Below, one piece after another: positions 59,660-64,000 of a DNA stretch of 64,000 nucleotides. The DNA comes from Botryllus schlosseri (Eukaryota), in contig CM119371.1 of the NCBI GenBank assembly GCA_051294905.1, forward strand, positions 5,272,001 to 5,336,000, in the 5' to 3' direction. A program made the position numbers and the translations under genes. Within the stretch, counting starts at the first letter, position 1; every line of letters starts with the position of its first letter. Below the pieces are notes generated by a model that was not told the DNA's origin, ran no database searches, and saw only the letters and a program-made list of their open reading frames with translations.

Positions 59660-62426
59660 GGCACATGGGCTGCAAGAGATGTCAGTAACCTCAGATCGTA
59701 TGCCGCTATACACAGTCTATAATTGTCGCTAATTTGCATCACTAATAACAAAATACTAAATTGCAAATGTATGTCGAAATATTGGACATAAAATCGGCAT
59801 TTTAAAACAAAAGGGTTTCGATTTCAACATGGAAGCTGTTTCGACCCTGGCTGGTTACGTCACTTCATTTATGTGCATTGCGGTATTTATCAGGGTTGCA
59901 ACCAAGTCGCAAGGCTCCGAGTCACAATTCAATCTCACTTTTATATTTTTGACTCGAGTCAAGTCGAGTCATTTTCAAATTAACATGTTTGTTAACTGCA
60001 TACTTTCCAATATCAAACGGAACCATTGGTCTATTGCCGACGGCTAAATGAACAGGAGAAATATTTGCTTATGACATCACAATCAAGCGGTGTACAGTAT
60101 GACACTTGAGATACCATCGTACCATATTGCTCATTAACCTGTGCGTCAACCTTTACTGACCCATAAACCTGCCTTTGTGATAGCTAGCCATCGGCTCATT
60201 GTAATTCGGATCTGGTACACCCCTGTACACCCCATCCGATTGGTAAACCCTTTGCAAATTCTGGTACACCCTAGGGTGTACGACCACCCCGGTTGAAGAG
60301 CACTGATCTATAGTTTGTTCCAGTTACTTAAATCATGAGATTAACACTACCTTTATGCGCTGCGATCAACCGGTTTCCTTAATCCTGGGTTGATAAATCC
60401 TGACGAACGCGATAATCGACTTTACTGCTAATCCAAATTTATTATCTCTGCCTTACGCCATAATCAAACATCACGTTCCAAGCATGCCTGAACATAGAGC
60501 GATGTTTTTTTTCTCATTAAACGTATTTCTGGGTGATTTCAAACAGATCGGTGTATCTATTGCAGCGCTATGATGAAGGATAAAAAAGAAGGCAGCGTTC
60601 TAGTTCCGTAATTAATGAGCAAGACTCCCACCTCTTACATTTTCTGATTACGAAGACATCAAATATATATTTGTTTAGCCAACTGAAAATTTAACGCAAA
60701 CAGGTACAGGTCTGGGGACTGGCAGTCGAGAACCACTGGTTAAGGTGATTGCAATTCACAGACAGCCAAAAATCATTACAATACTACCATGGCACAATGT
60801 TTCATATTGCCCAGCACACTTCTTACAAAAAGGGCATTCTATGATAAAATCAAAGTAAACGTGAATGACGATTTTAAGTCATTATGTGCCTCCATGGTGT
60901 CGGATTGCCACAGAAGATTAGTGCTATGTTGTCAGTGAAATTATTCATCACAAGTTTCACGCAGAATACCATTCCTTACCCAATCATGTTGGCTAGGGAG
61001 TGACACTGGTTTTGCTCTACAGCAAGTGAGTTCTTGGAGGATCAACCGTCACAAATTAAACAATAGATATCTGGGGTGGAGGGAGAGAGGTGAAACCACC
61101 CACCAATAGTGATTTTCCGTACAGCCTGCAGCTATAATTGAGCTCTCGCCAACAGTGTCGGTAATGTCGGTAGCTCTGGGTAGTTCAATTGTTATGTCTA
61201 ATAATTATTCATATCACAATTAACCTCAGTTTGCGTCTTTAGTGAACAGGGTTCATGAGTTCGTCGTAGCAGCTTCAAGGTTTCATCAAACAAAACAAGG
61301 TAAGAAGCACTGCTGTGCAGTGTTGTAGTACTATGAATTACAAATAATCTGAACGAAACAAAATCTCATGTAGGAACGAAATTGTTGACAAGATGCAGCG
61401 AGTGTATCACAGAAATACACACAGAATTTATCAGATATTCAATAGATTTCAAAGCGAAACAGAATAAAAATAATATGTGCTGCGGCTGCCTGTTAATAAT
61501 CTTTTCATCATTAAAGGATAGCGATCAATGATGCGCTAATCACCGGTACCACAAAAATACGGGGATCCATTTCACGTCGTCTTTGTAAGGATGCTGCATA
61601 CTGCTGGAATTAGGAGATACTACTAGCAAATAGCTGACAGAACATCATATCAGACTACAAGGAGCTTCCTATTATAGCTCCATGATTAAATATGAACGAA
61701 TTGAATTCTCACGAGGAAATGAAAATGTCGACAAAATTTCATGAAATGGATGGCAAGAAACACATATTTACAAAATGGCCACAACATTGCAATTTGAAAC
61801 GTAATTGAAAACGACATGCGCAGACTGCTAATTACCAGAGAATATGACGAAGGATAATGCACACGAAGCTTACATTTTAGGTGACATAAACTATAGTATT
61901 ACCTCATCACACTGTGATACAAAGATTTGAACATTCCCTTCAAACTTCTCTGAACAATAGACCCAGCCAAATTATCACAAAGAGGTGTTCATTGAAACTG
62001 ATTCAGGCAGTGAGAAACAAATTTTCAGGCACTAATCCTATGCTGTAATTAAAATATGAAACTGGGAGAGACATTTTAAAACTGAAAAAATCAGGCAAGA
62101 TAAACAACGTATACAGAAATTTTATTGTGGCAGCGATAAATGGACATGGGCCAGAGGCGTTGCAACATGAAGATACAAGTCCACCACCACCACCACCATT
62201 TCTACACACCCGGCACAGAAATCATTTAGCCGGAAAGGTGATTCAAAGATATATGTGTTGAGTACTCGTACAGATTTGATGGCAATATTAAATCGTATTG
62301 ACATGATAGCAGAGTGAATGGACGTCTACTCTAAGTAACAGCATATTTTAGTATAAGGTATTTCTGTCAATATGACTGCATCATGTTCGAGATCATCATT
62401 GCGAGAAGAAAAAGACATGCGCTCCG

Positions 62427-63527
62427 CTACTCTACTGTATGTGTATTTCCATGTCTTTTCAAGCTACCAAACCGGGTAAACGCTTTTCCGCACGTCTGGC
62501 ATGAATAATTTTTGACTCCCGTATGTGTATGTACATGTCTATTCAAGTTACTAAGCTGGGTAAACACTTTTCCGCAGATCTGACACGCATAGTTTTTTAC
62601 TCTAGTATGTGTATTTTCATGTGTTTTCAAGTGACTGAGCTGAACAAACACTTTTCCACAGATCTGACACTCATGGTTTTTGACTCCAGTATGTGTATTC
62701 CCATGTCTTTTTAAGTCACCAAGCTGGGTAAACGCTTTTCCGCAGACCTGACATGCATAGTTTTTGACTCCAGTATATGTATTCCCATGTCTTTTTAAGT
62801 CACCAAGCCGGGCAAAAACTTTTCCGCAGATCTGACATGTATAGTTTTTGATTCCAGTATGTGTATTCTCATGTGCCTTCAAGTGGCCGATCTGAGCAAA
62901 CGCTTTTCCGCAGATCTCACATGCATAGTTTTTGACCCCGGTATGTGTATTTTCATGTCTTTTCAAGCCACGAAGCTGGGTAAACGCTTTTGTGCATATC
63001 TGACATGCATGGTTTTTGACTCCAGTATGTGTATTTTCATGTTGTTTTAAGTTACCAAGATGGATAAACGCCTTTCCACAGATCTGACACTCATAGTTTT
63101 TGACTCCAGTATGTGTATTCTCATGTGTTTTCAAGTCTCCGATCCGAGCAAACGCTTTTCCGCAGATCTGACATGCATAGCTTCCAGTATGTATATTTCC
63201 ATGCATTTTCAGGTCGCCAACCCGCACAAACGACTTTCCACAGATGTCACAGTCGTGGTTTTTGACTCCAAGGTGAACAGTACGTGTATCCGCATGTCTT
63301 TTCAAGTGACCGATCGGATTATACCCTTTGCCAATGCCCTTGCGTTCATGATTTTTCAAATAAGTGTGCGATATTAAATGTTTTTTCAATAAAGTGATTG
63401 CAGCAAAGGTTTTTCCGCAGATCTCACATTCGGTATTTCTGTCTATATGGTGGAATCGCAAGTGAGCTTTCAATCCGTCCTTACAATGGAAGTTCTTTCC
63501 ACAGATCCAGCACATCTTCCTTGTCAT
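62427..63527 (-). CDS. C2H2 zinc-finger protein, finger-array exon (about 11 intact plus 2 degenerate fingers)
   Basis: Tandem CxxC-x12-HxxxH repeats (e.g. CQICGKAFIHLGNLKQHENTH) with TGVKNY/H linkers. The true start may lie in upstream exons. Confidence 0.9.
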   Translation of the reverse strand: MTRKMCWICGKNFHCKDGLKAHLRFHHIDRNTECEICGKTFAAITLLKKHLISHTYLKNHERKGIGKGYNPIGHLKRHADTRTVHLGVKNHDCDICGKSFVRVGDLKMHGNIHTGSYACQICGKAFARIGDLKTHENTHTGVKNYECQICGKAFIHLGNLKQHENTHTGVKNHACQICTKAFTQLRGLKRHENTHTGVKNYACEICGKAFAQIGHLKAHENTHTGIKNYTCQICGKVFARLGDLKRHGNTYTGVKNYACQVCGKAFTQLGDLKRHGNTHTGVKNHECQICGKVFVQLSHLKTHENTHTRVKNYACQICGKVFTQLSNLNRHVHTHTGVKNYSCQTCGKAFTRFGSLKRHGNTHTVE

Positions 63528-64000
63528 TCTTCTGGATTATCTGTATATTACTTTACTTCTTCAAGCATCACACATCAAACGCTCTCTGCTTGAAAACGAG
63601 TATTCAACGATAGCTTGGAATGAGCTATTACATAGTAATATAATTCCTATATTATAGCAACCCGGTCTAAAATACAGGAGGTATTAGCAAAAACGGACCA
63701 GTGTAATAAATAGCAATACCCCATACGATAATCTGCAAGCCTTCAGCAAATCACAAATTTTGCATAATCACGAACACCAAAATCTATCACGTTGCACAAC
63801 TGATGAATTATTATAGAATACTGGTGCACCAAAATCAACTGTGCATAAACAACAGCGTCAAAATTACAAAAATATTACACTGGTCAACACATTTTTAGGC
63901 AGACAAACGTAAGAGTGGTTTTGGGGGTTCTGAAGGGCACTGATTCCAAATATGACCTTGGTTTTTTTCAAATTCGCTATTGTTGTGGAGATAACCCATG

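Larger units (their letters stand above)
57888..60305. mobile_element. hAT (Charlie-like) element with GTACACCC subterminal repeats and nested insertions
   Basis: Perfect TIRs CAGTGCTCTTCAACC / GGTTGAAGAGCACTG and an exact TSD ATCTATAG (57880-57887, 60306-60313). Confidence 0.9.

Overview
This is AT-rich metazoan (invertebrate-like) genomic DNA, not prokaryotic. The centrepiece is a 19,285-bp insertion (26533-45817) that, apart from one later retrotransposon, is a single ~14.6-kb palindrome: two ~7.3-kb, >99% identical inverted arms around a 33-bp loop. It has AGTAGT...ACTACT termini and an exact 6-bp target-site duplication (TSD) CAGGCG, which are Polinton/Maverick hallmarks, yet it encodes no recognisable protein. 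It landed inside a kinase-domain exon of a decayed Polo-like kinase (PLK1-like) gene, and removing it rejoins the exon, which independently fixes the boundaries. The left arm alone carries a 5'-truncated I/Nimb-group LINE with an intact ORF2 (APE-RT-RNase H) and an unusually long 65-bp TSD; the right arm preserves the empty site. The rest of the window holds two minus-strand C2H2 zinc-finger arrays at the window ends, scrambled and duplicated PLK1-like pseudo-exons, many nested non-autonomous hAT elements with 8-bp TSDs, a tRNA-derived SINE and CR1/L2-group LINE 3' ends. All comparisons were made by eye; family names come from recalled motifs and no database search was run.
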